DNA from: an uncultured delta proteobacterium
GTDB taxonomy: Bacteria > Desulfobacterota > Syntrophia > Syntrophales > UBA2185
DNA length: 64,000 nt
Direction of reading: 5' to 3'
Assembly: GCA_963729715.1 (NCBI GenBank)
Contig: CAVSPA010000006.1
Location: 288,001-352,000, forward strand
This document shows positions 20,630-29,254 of this stretch, in pieces. The position numbers and the translations under genes are program-made. A model generated the notes under the pieces. The model was not told the origin of the DNA. It did no database searches and saw only the letters and a list, made by a program, of their open reading frames with translations. Each line of letters opens with the position of its first letter. Positions within the stretch are counted from its first letter, which is position 1.

Positions 20630-20752
20630 ACCGGAAATTCTGAGGTAAGCAGATTCCTTCCGCAGACTGATTCCCGGAATGGATTTGCAGAAAAAGGCTG
20701 GAGCGCGTCAGAATCAACAGTCTGAAAAAGCTCCCGGAGTTCTTTGCTGATT

Positions 20753-21454
20753 ATGCAGAAAAAAATTATTGTCGTTGATGACGAAAGAGACATCGTAGAC
20801 TTGATCAGTTATAATCTCGAGAAGGAAGGATTTGCCACTATCAAGGCCTATGATGGGGAAAGCGCTCTCGGGCTGGTTAAGGCCGCGAAGCCGGATCTCG
20901 TAGTTCTGGATCTCATGCTTCCGGGAATCAGGGGATTGGAAGTCTGCAAGTTCATCCGGAAGAATCCGGATACAGAAGCGCTTCCAATTATCATGCTCAC
21001 GGCTAAAGGCGAACAGGTGGATAAGATCCTGGGCTTTGAGATGGGGGCGGACGATTACATCACCAAGCCGTTCAATGTGAGAGAATTGATTGCCAGGGTC
21101 CGTGCGGTCCTGCGAAGGGCAGAAGTGCGTCCTGATTCGGAAAGAAGAGAGCAATTCGCGTACAAGGGCCTCCAGATCGATTACAGTTCTTACGAGGTCA
21201 CCGTAGACGGGAAGAAAATTGATCTTGGTCCCAGAGAACTGAAACTGTTGCAATTCCTCACAGGCCATCCCGGCAGGGTGTACACCAGAGATCAGCTTTT
21301 GGACTATGTCTGGGGGGATGAGACTTTCGTTGAGCCGCGCACAGTAGATGTGCATGTCAGCCATCTGAGGATGGCCATAGAAGAAGATAAAAAAAAACCG
21401 CAATACATTCTCACCGTCAGGGGTATCGGATATAAATTCGTAGATCTCAAATGA
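20753..21454 (+). CDS. phoB: OmpR-family phosphate regulon response regulator (PhoB/PhoP)
   Basis: REC (VVDDE, LDLMLP, MLTAK, KPF) + winged helix (RTVDVHV, TVRGIGY); phosphate-gene context; start 20744 or 20753. Confidence 0.85.
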   Translation: MQKKIIVVDDERDIVDLISYNLEKEGFATIKAYDGESALGLVKAAKPDLVVLDLMLPGIRGLEVCKFIRKNPDTEALPIIMLTAKGEQVDKILGFEMGADDYITKPFNVRELIARVRAVLRRAEVRPDSERREQFAYKGLQIDYSSYEVTVDGKKIDLGPRELKLLQFLTGHPGRVYTRDQLLDYVWGDETFVEPRTVDVHVSHLRMAIEEDKKKPQYILTVRGIGYKFVDLK

Positions 21455-21489
21455 TCTTTTTCACAAGTGTCCCGCCCTGTCCTTCATTT

Positions 21490-21543
21490 TTCATCATATC
21501 TTAACATTTGCTTAATCAAGATTTAACATTCATAGGCTACCGT
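21490..21543 (+). promoter_or_regulatory. Putative Pho box + -10 upstream of the porin gene
   Basis: TTCATC(21490) TTAACA(21501) TTAATC(21512) TTAACA(21523); TACCGT at 21538. Confidence 0.75.
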
Positions 21544-21704
21544 ACACCCGATTTCATTAGAAAGGAGGGTGCCATATAAGCTAAACAGAGGTTGTGTTAA
21601 GTGTTTTACCGGATTGTCGTAATAGATGACGAAGCATTCCAGAGGACCTTTCAAGGACATGCCCGGAAGGACCAATTTGGAAAAATCAAAAACAGGAGGA
21701 ACAG

Positions 21705-23090
21705 ATGAGAAAGTTTTGGACAGTTTTACTATCGATTGTGTTGATCATGGCGTTCGCCTTGCCCGTATCTGCGGCGGATGTAAAGTTCAGCGGGTCGTAT
21801 GTGGCACAGGGCTACTACGACAACAACCGCGCGCTGTTGGCGAATGGCGGTGCGTCCTTATCCAATGTGTGGCAGAGGCTGAGGATTCAGACAGACTTCA
21901 AGGTTCAGGAAGGCCTGATGCTGACGACCCGGTTCGATGCCCTGGAAAAGATATGGGGCGCTGCCCGTTCTACAACCGCTACCTCAACCAATCTTGCCGG
22001 CAATGATGATGAATCCGAGAACATCAAGTTTGAGTATGCGTTTGCGACGTTTAATATTCCCGGCAATGTTGGCACTTTAAAAGTGGGTTATCAGCAGCAG
22101 GGCACATGGGGTACGGCATTTGGTGACACGGGCGAGACGGACTATGGGATGAGGGTCAAGTGGGATTGGGTAACCGGTTCTTTCTTCTGGGGAGCCCGTT
22201 GGGATAAGGTGGAAGGAAAGAAGTCTTACAGCAGTCTCGGTCCTGCCGGCAATCTCAACGTATCCACTTATGTTGTGGACCACGACTCGGAAAAGTATTC
22301 TGTTCTCGGCGGGTACACCTGGAGCAAGGGTGACGCCGGTCTGCAAATCACATATTATATCGATACCAGCCCTGACGATAATCCTGCCACTGGATATAAA
22401 GCAAGGTACATCCTGTGGTATCCGTATGCCAGGGCGACGTTCGGTCCTGTTTATGTCGAGACAGAGTGGGGTTGGTACACGGGTAAAAGACAAGAGTACA
22501 GTAATGCCGCAACCCACGTGGACCAAGATTATACAGGCTGGCGCGGTTATATCATGGCCAGTCTTGACCTTGCACCGGCCTATGTAGGCGCTTTGGCATT
22601 CTATTCGTCGGGTACTGATATAACTTCACTAAATACGTATTCAGGTGGAGCCAAGATTGGTACCGACTTTCAGCCCTGCCTGATTCTCTGGAACTACGAT
22701 CTCGGCAGGTGGAACGGCGCGTTGGGTGGTCAGAATGGTCTTTCCAATGCTGCCGCGAATGGTAGCACGGGACCTGGTAACGTGGGTGGCTACAATTCGG
22801 ACAATGTTATAGCATGGCAGATATTCGCCGGCATCAAGCCCATACCAAAGCTTGATATAAAGGCGAGCTTCACTGGCGCTAGTATGGACCAGAATGTAGT
22901 TGTCAATCAGATCTCGAAAAATATCGGTGAGGAATTTGATCTCAGCGCAACCTACAAGATATATGACAATCTGTCGTACATGGTGGGCTTTGGCTACCTG
23001 TGGGCAGGCGATGCCTTTATGGGCAGCAATTCCAATGCCCAACTCAGTAACGACTATCTCTTGACGCACAAGCTGACACTTAGTTTTTAG
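21705..23090 (+). CDS. Outer-membrane beta-barrel porin
   Basis: Signal peptide ending VSA; alternating aromatic beta strands; C-terminal HKLTLSF BamA-type signal; AGGAGG RBS. Confidence 0.85.
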   Translation: MRKFWTVLLSIVLIMAFALPVSAADVKFSGSYVAQGYYDNNRALLANGGASLSNVWQRLRIQTDFKVQEGLMLTTRFDALEKIWGAARSTTATSTNLAGNDDESENIKFEYAFATFNIPGNVGTLKVGYQQQGTWGTAFGDTGETDYGMRVKWDWVTGSFFWGARWDKVEGKKSYSSLGPAGNLNVSTYVVDHDSEKYSVLGGYTWSKGDAGLQITYYIDTSPDDNPATGYKARYILWYPYARATFGPVYVETEWGWYTGKRQEYSNAATHVDQDYTGWRGYIMASLDLAPAYVGALAFYSSGTDITSLNTYSGGAKIGTDFQPCLILWNYDLGRWNGALGGQNGLSNAAANGSTGPGNVGGYNSDNVIAWQIFAGIKPIPKLDIKASFTGASMDQNVVVNQISKNIGEEFDLSATYKIYDNLSYMVGFGYLWAGDAFMGSNSNAQLSNDYLLTHKLTLSF

Positions 23091-23122
23091 CATAGCTGAC
23101 ACAAATTCCGTTACACTCCAAA

Positions 23123-23148
23123 GAGCCCCGGGACCAACTCCGGGGCTC
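23123..23148 (+). terminator. Terminator-like hairpin after the porin gene
   Basis: GAGCCCCGG-N8-CCGGGGCTC; weak U tract. Confidence 0.55.
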
Positions 23149-23267
23149 CTTGGATGATCATTTCTTGCCGCAGTACATGTCCACCTTCAGATGAACAGGA
23201 TATAGGCTTGCAGAGCCGGAATTAACTCTATCAGAAGCTCGTAATTGTCCTGTCTCGCTTGTCACTC

Positions 23268-23321
23268 TTCACTATATCTTAATATTCGTTTAATACCACT
23301 TTAATATTGCTCGGCTACTAT
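23268..23321 (+). promoter_or_regulatory. Putative Pho box + -10 upstream of the ligase-PSD-Lgt-like operon
   Basis: TTCACT(23268) TTAATA(23279) TTAATA(23290) TTAATA(23301); TACTAT at 23316. Confidence 0.75.
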
Positions 23322-23352
23322 GTTGCCGAATCACGATGCAGGAGGGTTTGAT

Positions 23353-25809
23353 ATGAACTGGGGCGAAGCTGCTTCAGATTTATTGCACAAGGAGATAGGC
23401 AACGATAACGGAAACGTCCCATCGGCCCGAAGGATTATGGAAATGCTCGATGTCTTCGGTCTCTTCGGCGTGAAAATAAATTCCCTTCCGTTTGCACTTC
23501 GTGACACAACAGCAGGAAGCGAGACGGAGCTGCAAGCTGTCGTTGTCGGCGACAAGGGCAAGGTCGACCTTCCCATTACCATCGAGCAATCCAATTATTT
23601 TGCCAACATTGTCAGGCGTGCAATGGCGGGCGATACGACAAAGAAGATTGTCACAGACCTCGAGAGATTTCTGAATACGAATACGGAAAATGTGTGGGAA
23701 CACAGCTGGGTTCGCTTTCCCCGGAATCGCTTGAGTCCCTTTGCCGCAGATATATTCAAACGCGACATTCTGGCAGATAAAGAACATCCGTCAAAAGGAG
23801 TGAGAGAAGACGTACACAAATTCATATTTTCCAACGAGGGTGAAGAGTCTATACGTTTGCCGATAAGCTATATGATCAAACTGTGCCTCGCGGATGTCCT
23901 CGGTTCACAGAAGAATGCTCCGTCATTGATTTACGGCACCGGATGCAGATTGTTGCATCATTTTCTGAATGACAACACCTCTCCGGAGTCCTTCTCGTTT
24001 CATGTTGTTCCCTTACGTCCCGATGCCGGGATGGGTAAGGCCATTGCAAGAGAAATGGCAAAGCGGTTCTTGCTGACCCACCTCTTGATAATGTACGGCA
24101 ATCGCAAGTTTTCTCTCATATCGAGCGGGCAGAAAGCAATGGTCTACTCGTCTCCGCATCCGCCGGTGCGTCTGAAGGATCTCAATAACTGTATTTCCGA
24201 TGCCTTCTACAGAGAGCTCTTTATGAATCCCTGCCTCTCAGGTTGGAGCAGAGGGGAGGCGAAGCAGGAATACATGCACCTTTGCCACAGTGTCTTGAGC
24301 CGCAGCCAATTGAATGCGGTGGCGAAACTCCGGGAGGCGGGCATCATCAGCACAAACCTTGTAGTATTTCCGACCACGTCCAATATAAGTCTTGCGAACA
24401 ACGGCACCCACATCAGCATGGGCAGCCGGATACTCAGCAAATATTTGGGAGACAAATCCTCCGGGCTGAACAGCACCCATGAGAAGTTTATCGGCGACCT
24501 CGTCATTAAGATAGTGGAGCATTTCCTGCCCCTCTTTGTGGGAACCTACAGCGCCGCCCCGTATCGCCTTGATTTCGCCGATATGCATCCGGAAAGGGTT
24601 CTCGGGTTCCTGCCCCATGAGTTGGATTACACGCATCTGCGGATGCTGTGGAGGCGATGGCAGAAAAAGGCGGATATGAAAATATTCGGCCGTGTGGTCA
24701 CACCGTTTGGTCCGAATTGGTTGGACAGGATGATCAGTATTTTCTTCAGGCTCAGGGGAGACTTTATTCCCGACTTCAGGCTTGTTGACTATCTTGTGTC
24801 CCTCATGAGCACGGAGAAGAGCCCGGCTCTCGACGGCACAATCAGAAATCATGATCAATTAAAAAAGGACCTGTCGGATCTGGGTGTGTTCGATTTCCGG
24901 ATGTCCATTTATCTGCTCTACAGGCTCCGTGAGCATGACATCATGGGATTTTCAGGATTTGAGGGCCGTCACTACAGTCTCTTTGAGAATATCGAGGAAG
25001 ATATGGGAAGGGCGGCGGACCTGCAAAATCTTCTTAACGTTCTGGCATTCAAGTATATAGCGGACGGCACGGCATTGCATGAGCACATCCCGGATGAACC
25101 GTTCGTTGAAAGCGAGCGAAGGCAGATCATCTTTGGATCCGCAACAGGAATTCCAACTTTTTTCGTCCGCCACGATACGAAAAACCTTTTCCTGAGAAAG
25201 ATTATTGAAAAAACGGTGAAAGTTCGCTCAAGCAGAAGATATCCGGGATATCTGCGCGTCTATAACCTGGAATATCGTAAAGCTCTTCTCAAGATCATCA
25301 GAGAAGATGCAGCCGATCTCATTGAGATGCTCGGGCTCGAAGAGACTGTGGACGATTTGGCCTTGAGATTGGAGAACCCTGAGGGCCATGCCGCAGCGGG
25401 CAAGATGGCGCGCGCGATTCTCGACAGCGCAGGTGCAAAGTCTCCCCTCCAGATGAAGGCCGAAGATTTCAATGGAGCCGCGGAAAGATTTTATCGGACT
25501 GACCTGAAAATGCGTCATATCAGGGAAGGATTCAGGTTCTTGGAAGAAGATCTGAGAAGGGTTGAAAATGCCTCGGCAAAGGACAAACCGGCAATACAAA
25601 ATGCGCTTCAGTTTACTTTGAATAATCAGGAAGCCTCTCGATTTGTCAGTATTGCCGAGCGGAAAGTTATTGATGAGGAAATATCGACAGGCGAGTTGAT
25701 TAAGCTCATCAATTTGATCTTGATTTCGGCCGACAACGACAGAAGTCAAAGTCAGGCGATATTTAATAAAGAATTGTCGGAAAGAAAAGATGCTTCACCA
25801 GTATATTGA
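23353..25809 (+). CDS. Conserved-looking hypothetical protein (818 aa), putative glutamine synthetase/gamma-glutamylcysteine ligase-fold carboxylate-amine ligase
   Basis: ATG 23353 after AGGAGG; ordered motifs GSETELQ (ExE), NNGTHIS (GxH), FEGRHYS (ExR). CDS is solid, product is inferred. Confidence 0.55.
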   Translation: MNWGEAASDLLHKEIGNDNGNVPSARRIMEMLDVFGLFGVKINSLPFALRDTTAGSETELQAVVVGDKGKVDLPITIEQSNYFANIVRRAMAGDTTKKIVTDLERFLNTNTENVWEHSWVRFPRNRLSPFAADIFKRDILADKEHPSKGVREDVHKFIFSNEGEESIRLPISYMIKLCLADVLGSQKNAPSLIYGTGCRLLHHFLNDNTSPESFSFHVVPLRPDAGMGKAIAREMAKRFLLTHLLIMYGNRKFSLISSGQKAMVYSSPHPPVRLKDLNNCISDAFYRELFMNPCLSGWSRGEAKQEYMHLCHSVLSRSQLNAVAKLREAGIISTNLVVFPTTSNISLANNGTHISMGSRILSKYLGDKSSGLNSTHEKFIGDLVIKIVEHFLPLFVGTYSAAPYRLDFADMHPERVLGFLPHELDYTHLRMLWRRWQKKADMKIFGRVVTPFGPNWLDRMISIFFRLRGDFIPDFRLVDYLVSLMSTEKSPALDGTIRNHDQLKKDLSDLGVFDFRMSIYLLYRLREHDIMGFSGFEGRHYSLFENIEEDMGRAADLQNLLNVLAFKYIADGTALHEHIPDEPFVESERRQIIFGSATGIPTFFVRHDTKNLFLRKIIEKTVKVRSSRRYPGYLRVYNLEYRKALLKIIREDAADLIEMLGLEETVDDLALRLENPEGHAAAGKMARAILDSAGAKSPLQMKAEDFNGAAERFYRTDLKMRHIREGFRFLEEDLRRVENASAKDKPAIQNALQFTLNNQEASRFVSIAERKVIDEEISTGELIKLINLILISADNDRSQSQAIFNKELSERKDASPVY

Positions 25810-26794
25810 ACGCAAAGACCGCAGGGTTCGCACGGAAAAACTGTATCGCAACGACACTATCAAGTTTCTCTATTCCGATCTGCGGGAATATGCGCCCTTC
25901 CTTTTCCGGGCGCTTACGGGTGCGAGGGTTTCACGACTTCTGGGTTTCATGAACTATGAGCATTTTTTGGGAGAAAAGATATTCGGATACATGAATTTCT
26001 TGAGGTCAAGCGGCATCGACCTCGGGGAATGTTGCGATGATCCGGAGAATCTTGATACCTTAAGGAAGATATTTGAAAGAAAAATACGTTACTGGGAATG
26101 CAGGCCCATGTCGGATGATCCTGAGATTATTGTATCTCCTGCTGATTCAAGAATGCTTGTCGGTTCCTTCTGTGACAGTTCGCATCTGTTTGTCAAAGGG
26201 AAATTCTTTGACTATGAGGAAATGCTCTGGAATGACAAGAAGACATGGCTGAAAGCCTTCAGGGGCGGGGACTTTGCCATCTGCAGGCTTACTCCGGAGA
26301 AATATCATTACAATCATACGCCGGTTGCTGGAAAAGTAGTGGACTTTTACCAGTTACCGGGCAGTTACCATTCCTGCAATCCCAATGCGGTACTTTCAAT
26401 GGCTACACCTTATTCAAAAAATAAGAGAGTTGTGACCATAATCAATACCGACGTTGACGGCGGCACCGGAGCAGGTCTCGTTGCCATGATTGAAGTGGTA
26501 GCCATGATGATAGGGGATATCATGCAATGCTACAGTGAAGAAGGGTATGCCAACTCTATGCCCATTGGTACGGGCATGTTCGTAAAGAAGGGCGTTCCTA
26601 AGAGTCTTTATCGCCCCGGCAGCAGCACGGACGTATTGATATTTCAGCAGGGGCGCGTGAAGTTTGCAGATGACATCGTTGTGAACATGTTTCATCAGGG
26701 TGCGGAGAGCATATTTTGCAAGGGTTTCGGAATGCCTTTGGTGGAAACCGAGGTGAATGTCCGTTCAATGATCGGAAGTGTGTTGAGCAGGTGA
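25790..26794 (+). CDS. Phosphatidylserine-decarboxylase-family (pyruvoyl) protein
   Basis: FERKIR, SPADS, RLTPEKYHYNHTPV, KNKRV, EVVAMMIGDI, PGSST cleavage-site equivalent. Confidence 0.85.
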   Translation: MLHQYIERKDRRVRTEKLYRNDTIKFLYSDLREYAPFLFRALTGARVSRLLGFMNYEHFLGEKIFGYMNFLRSSGIDLGECCDDPENLDTLRKIFERKIRYWECRPMSDDPEIIVSPADSRMLVGSFCDSSHLFVKGKFFDYEEMLWNDKKTWLKAFRGGDFAICRLTPEKYHYNHTPVAGKVVDFYQLPGSYHSCNPNAVLSMATPYSKNKRVVTIINTDVDGGTGAGLVAMIEVVAMMIGDIMQCYSEEGYANSMPIGTGMFVKKGVPKSLYRPGSSTDVLIFQQGRVKFADDIVVNMFHQGAESIFCKGFGMPLVETEVNVRSMIGSVLSR

Positions 26795-26829
26795 GGCAGG
26801 AGAAGACGTAACTAATCAGAGGTTGTTAT

Positions 26830-27873
26830 ATGGAAAATGAAATATTTATCGTCACGTTGGCTCTTCTGTTTGTCTGTCACTTATGGTGGGGCTTCAAAGT
26901 GCTGCCGGATGAACGATGGCAGATTATGGCTACCGTACCGGTAAGGAAAATTGACTCGGAGAGATGGGATGGCGTTAACCTCACCTACTACGGCGTATTG
27001 AGCGCAAATGCCTATCTGGTAGCCGTGGCGATGATGCTCGTTCTCTTCGGCGCAATTAGAGTTGACATAAAAGCGACTTTCGCCCTCGTTTTTATCATGA
27101 TGGCTTTCTGTCTTCCTATGGCGAGAATAATCGCCATGATTGTGGAAAAAAAAGCACATACGCGAACTGTGGGCGGCGCGGTTTTCGCTGGGACGCTGGT
27201 TGCGCCCCTGGCGATATCGCTAGTCAATAGAATCATGGGGCCCGCGATTTCCATTCCCATTATGCCTGCCATGGCCGCTTTGGCAATTTCCTATTCTTAC
27301 GGAGAAGGGATGGGGCGGCTCGCCTGTATCAGCTTCGGCTGCTGTTATGGGAAGCAGCTTTCTCAATGTACGCCTTTTCTGCAGACGTTATTTGGGAAGC
27401 GCAACTTTATTTTTTCTGGAAAGATCAAGAAGATAGCCTATGAAAGTGGACTGGATGGAGAACATGTTGTTCCCATACAGGCTGTAACATCGGTCTTGTA
27501 TATAGCAACAGGTATTACCTGCACGTATCTTTTCCTCAACACCCACTATGTCGCTTCCTTCCTGGTTTCCGTGCTGGTCACTCAGGGCTGGAGATCCGTG
27601 TCAGAAATATTCCGAGCCGATCACCGCGGAGAAAGCCGTATTTCCGTCTATCAAATTATGGGAATTGTTGCGATCATCTATTCGTTCATTCTGTGGAAAT
27701 GGTTCCCCGATTCAAACCCGATGGCGTATGCTTTGGAGGGCATCCAGACACTATGGCAGCCGGAGATTATAATCTTCCTGCTGCTGTTATGGTTGGGTAT
27801 TTTCCTCCATACCGGTTGCAGCAAAGTGACGGGATCAATAGTATCTTTTCATGTTCACGAGGACAGGATTTAA
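26830..27873 (+). CDS. Divergent Lgt-family (diacylglyceryl transferase-like) membrane protein
   Basis: Multiple TM helices; YYG, GRLACISFGCCYG, PIQ, RSVSEIFRAD motifs. Confidence 0.75.
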   Translation: MENEIFIVTLALLFVCHLWWGFKVLPDERWQIMATVPVRKIDSERWDGVNLTYYGVLSANAYLVAVAMMLVLFGAIRVDIKATFALVFIMMAFCLPMARIIAMIVEKKAHTRTVGGAVFAGTLVAPLAISLVNRIMGPAISIPIMPAMAALAISYSYGEGMGRLACISFGCCYGKQLSQCTPFLQTLFGKRNFIFSGKIKKIAYESGLDGEHVVPIQAVTSVLYIATGITCTYLFLNTHYVASFLVSVLVTQGWRSVSEIFRADHRGESRISVYQIMGIVAIIYSFILWKWFPDSNPMAYALEGIQTLWQPEIIIFLLLLWLGIFLHTGCSKVTGSIVSFHVHEDRI

Positions 27874-27949
27874 TACAGGTTTCCCCTTTGAAAAAGGGCA
27901 GAGGGATTTTACAAGCGGGAGAACCCTCAGGAGGATTAAGGATAGCAAT

Positions 27950-28303
27950 ATGAAACCGGAAAATCTTCGACGTATAAAGAAACGTCTCCTCCGCAGATTA
28001 AATGAACTCCAATTTGAGGCGATTCATGCTGCCTTTGAGAAAGGGGCTACGGATGATAACCCTGCGGATTTCGTGGATAAGGCATCGAGGGAATTTGAGC
28101 TAAATGCACAGCTGATGATGAAAGAAAGGAAGAGGGCGCTTATACAAGAGCTTCAGGGGGCAATTATGCGCATTGATCGGGGGGTATTCGGGATTTGTGA
28201 GATTTGTGAAGGCCGGATATCGGAAAGAAGGCTGCTCGCAATACCCACGAGCCGTTCTTGCATAGCCTGCATGGAGAAAGAAGGAAATCCCAAAGCTGCA
28301 TAG
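27950..28303 (+). CDS. DksA/TraR-family C4 zinc-finger protein
   Basis: DFVDKA (DxxDxA) coiled-coil tip; FGICEIC...RRLLAIP...CIAC; likely start ATG 27950. Confidence 0.9.
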   Translation: MKPENLRRIKKRLLRRLNELQFEAIHAAFEKGATDDNPADFVDKASREFELNAQLMMKERKRALIQELQGAIMRIDRGVFGICEICEGRISERRLLAIPTSRSCIACMEKEGNPKAA

Positions 28304-28315
28304 ATATTTCCCGGG

Positions 28316-28438
28316 TCCCTCCCGGACCCGTCACAACTGACAGGGACATAGGAAGAACAACTGGCGAAAGTGCGGATGATCAGAGACGAAATCAGAGCGG
28401 CGATAGAATCCTGGTATGAGAAACTTGCCACGCAATGA
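28316..28438 (+). pseudogene. 3' remnant of an ArsC/LMW-PTP-family gene
   Basis: Translates SLPDPSQLTGT*EEQLAKVRMIRDEIRAAIESWYEKLATQ*, with internal TAG at 28349. Confidence 0.6.
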
Positions 28439-29207
28439 AGTTTCGACCAGCCAATCCCACTCGATCAAAAATGAGAGTCGAGGAAAATCAGCTTTCGGAA
28501 CAGGCAAGGTTGCTCTCCTGGTTCTGGCCGCGACTATCCTCGCTTTTCTTTATGGGACGACAGCAGGGTCTACCACTGCAATTATCAATGTAGTTCAGTT
28601 TCAAACGATTGTTTCAAGAAGCGGTCTTCCAGCGGACTGGTCCCTGCAAAGATACAGAGGAACACCTTCCTTCAAGATCAACCAAAACGCCTTGCCCCCC
28701 CATTTGCAAATGACAAGCAGCGGGGAGACCGCCTTCGGTTTTCAGAGGGAAATTTACGTCGATATTCGGGCATACCCTTATCTCTGCTGGTCATGGAAAG
28801 CGACGAAACTGCCTGTCGGCGGTGATATCAGAAAGAAAGATAGTGACGATCAAAGCATTCAGATCTATCTCAGCCTTCAAATCCCCGGCGAGGGGGGTCT
28901 CTTTTCGTTGCCTCCGGCGCTTGCATATATATGGGATAACGAAGCGCCGACAGATATCTTGGTCAAGAGTCCTCAGGCAATGTTGAGTAATGTCCGGTAT
29001 CTTGTACTGCGGAATGGGAAGGATAACCTCGGGACGTGGTTTACGGAAAAGAGAAATATTCTTAAGGATGTTTATCGGGCATTTGGTCAGCCCTCATCAG
29101 GAAACAGGCCGATCATGGTCAAGGGCGTGTTGCTTTTCATCAATACGCACCACACGAAAAGTGATGCGGAAAGCTGTATAGGCAATATATACTTTTCTAG
29201 TCAATAG
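28416..29207 (+). CDS. DUF3047-like exported protein
   Basis: N-terminal hydrophobic segment; YPYLCWSWK, KDSDD, LAYIWD, WFTEKRNI motifs. Confidence 0.7.
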   Translation: MRNLPRNEVSTSQSHSIKNESRGKSAFGTGKVALLVLAATILAFLYGTTAGSTTAIINVVQFQTIVSRSGLPADWSLQRYRGTPSFKINQNALPPHLQMTSSGETAFGFQREIYVDIRAYPYLCWSWKATKLPVGGDIRKKDSDDQSIQIYLSLQIPGEGGLFSLPPALAYIWDNEAPTDILVKSPQAMLSNVRYLVLRNGKDNLGTWFTEKRNILKDVYRAFGQPSSGNRPIMVKGVLLFINTHHTKSDAESCIGNIYFSSQ

Positions 29208-29254
29208 AATTATAAGATTACGCGATTACACTTGCCTGTTATAAACTGTGGCTC

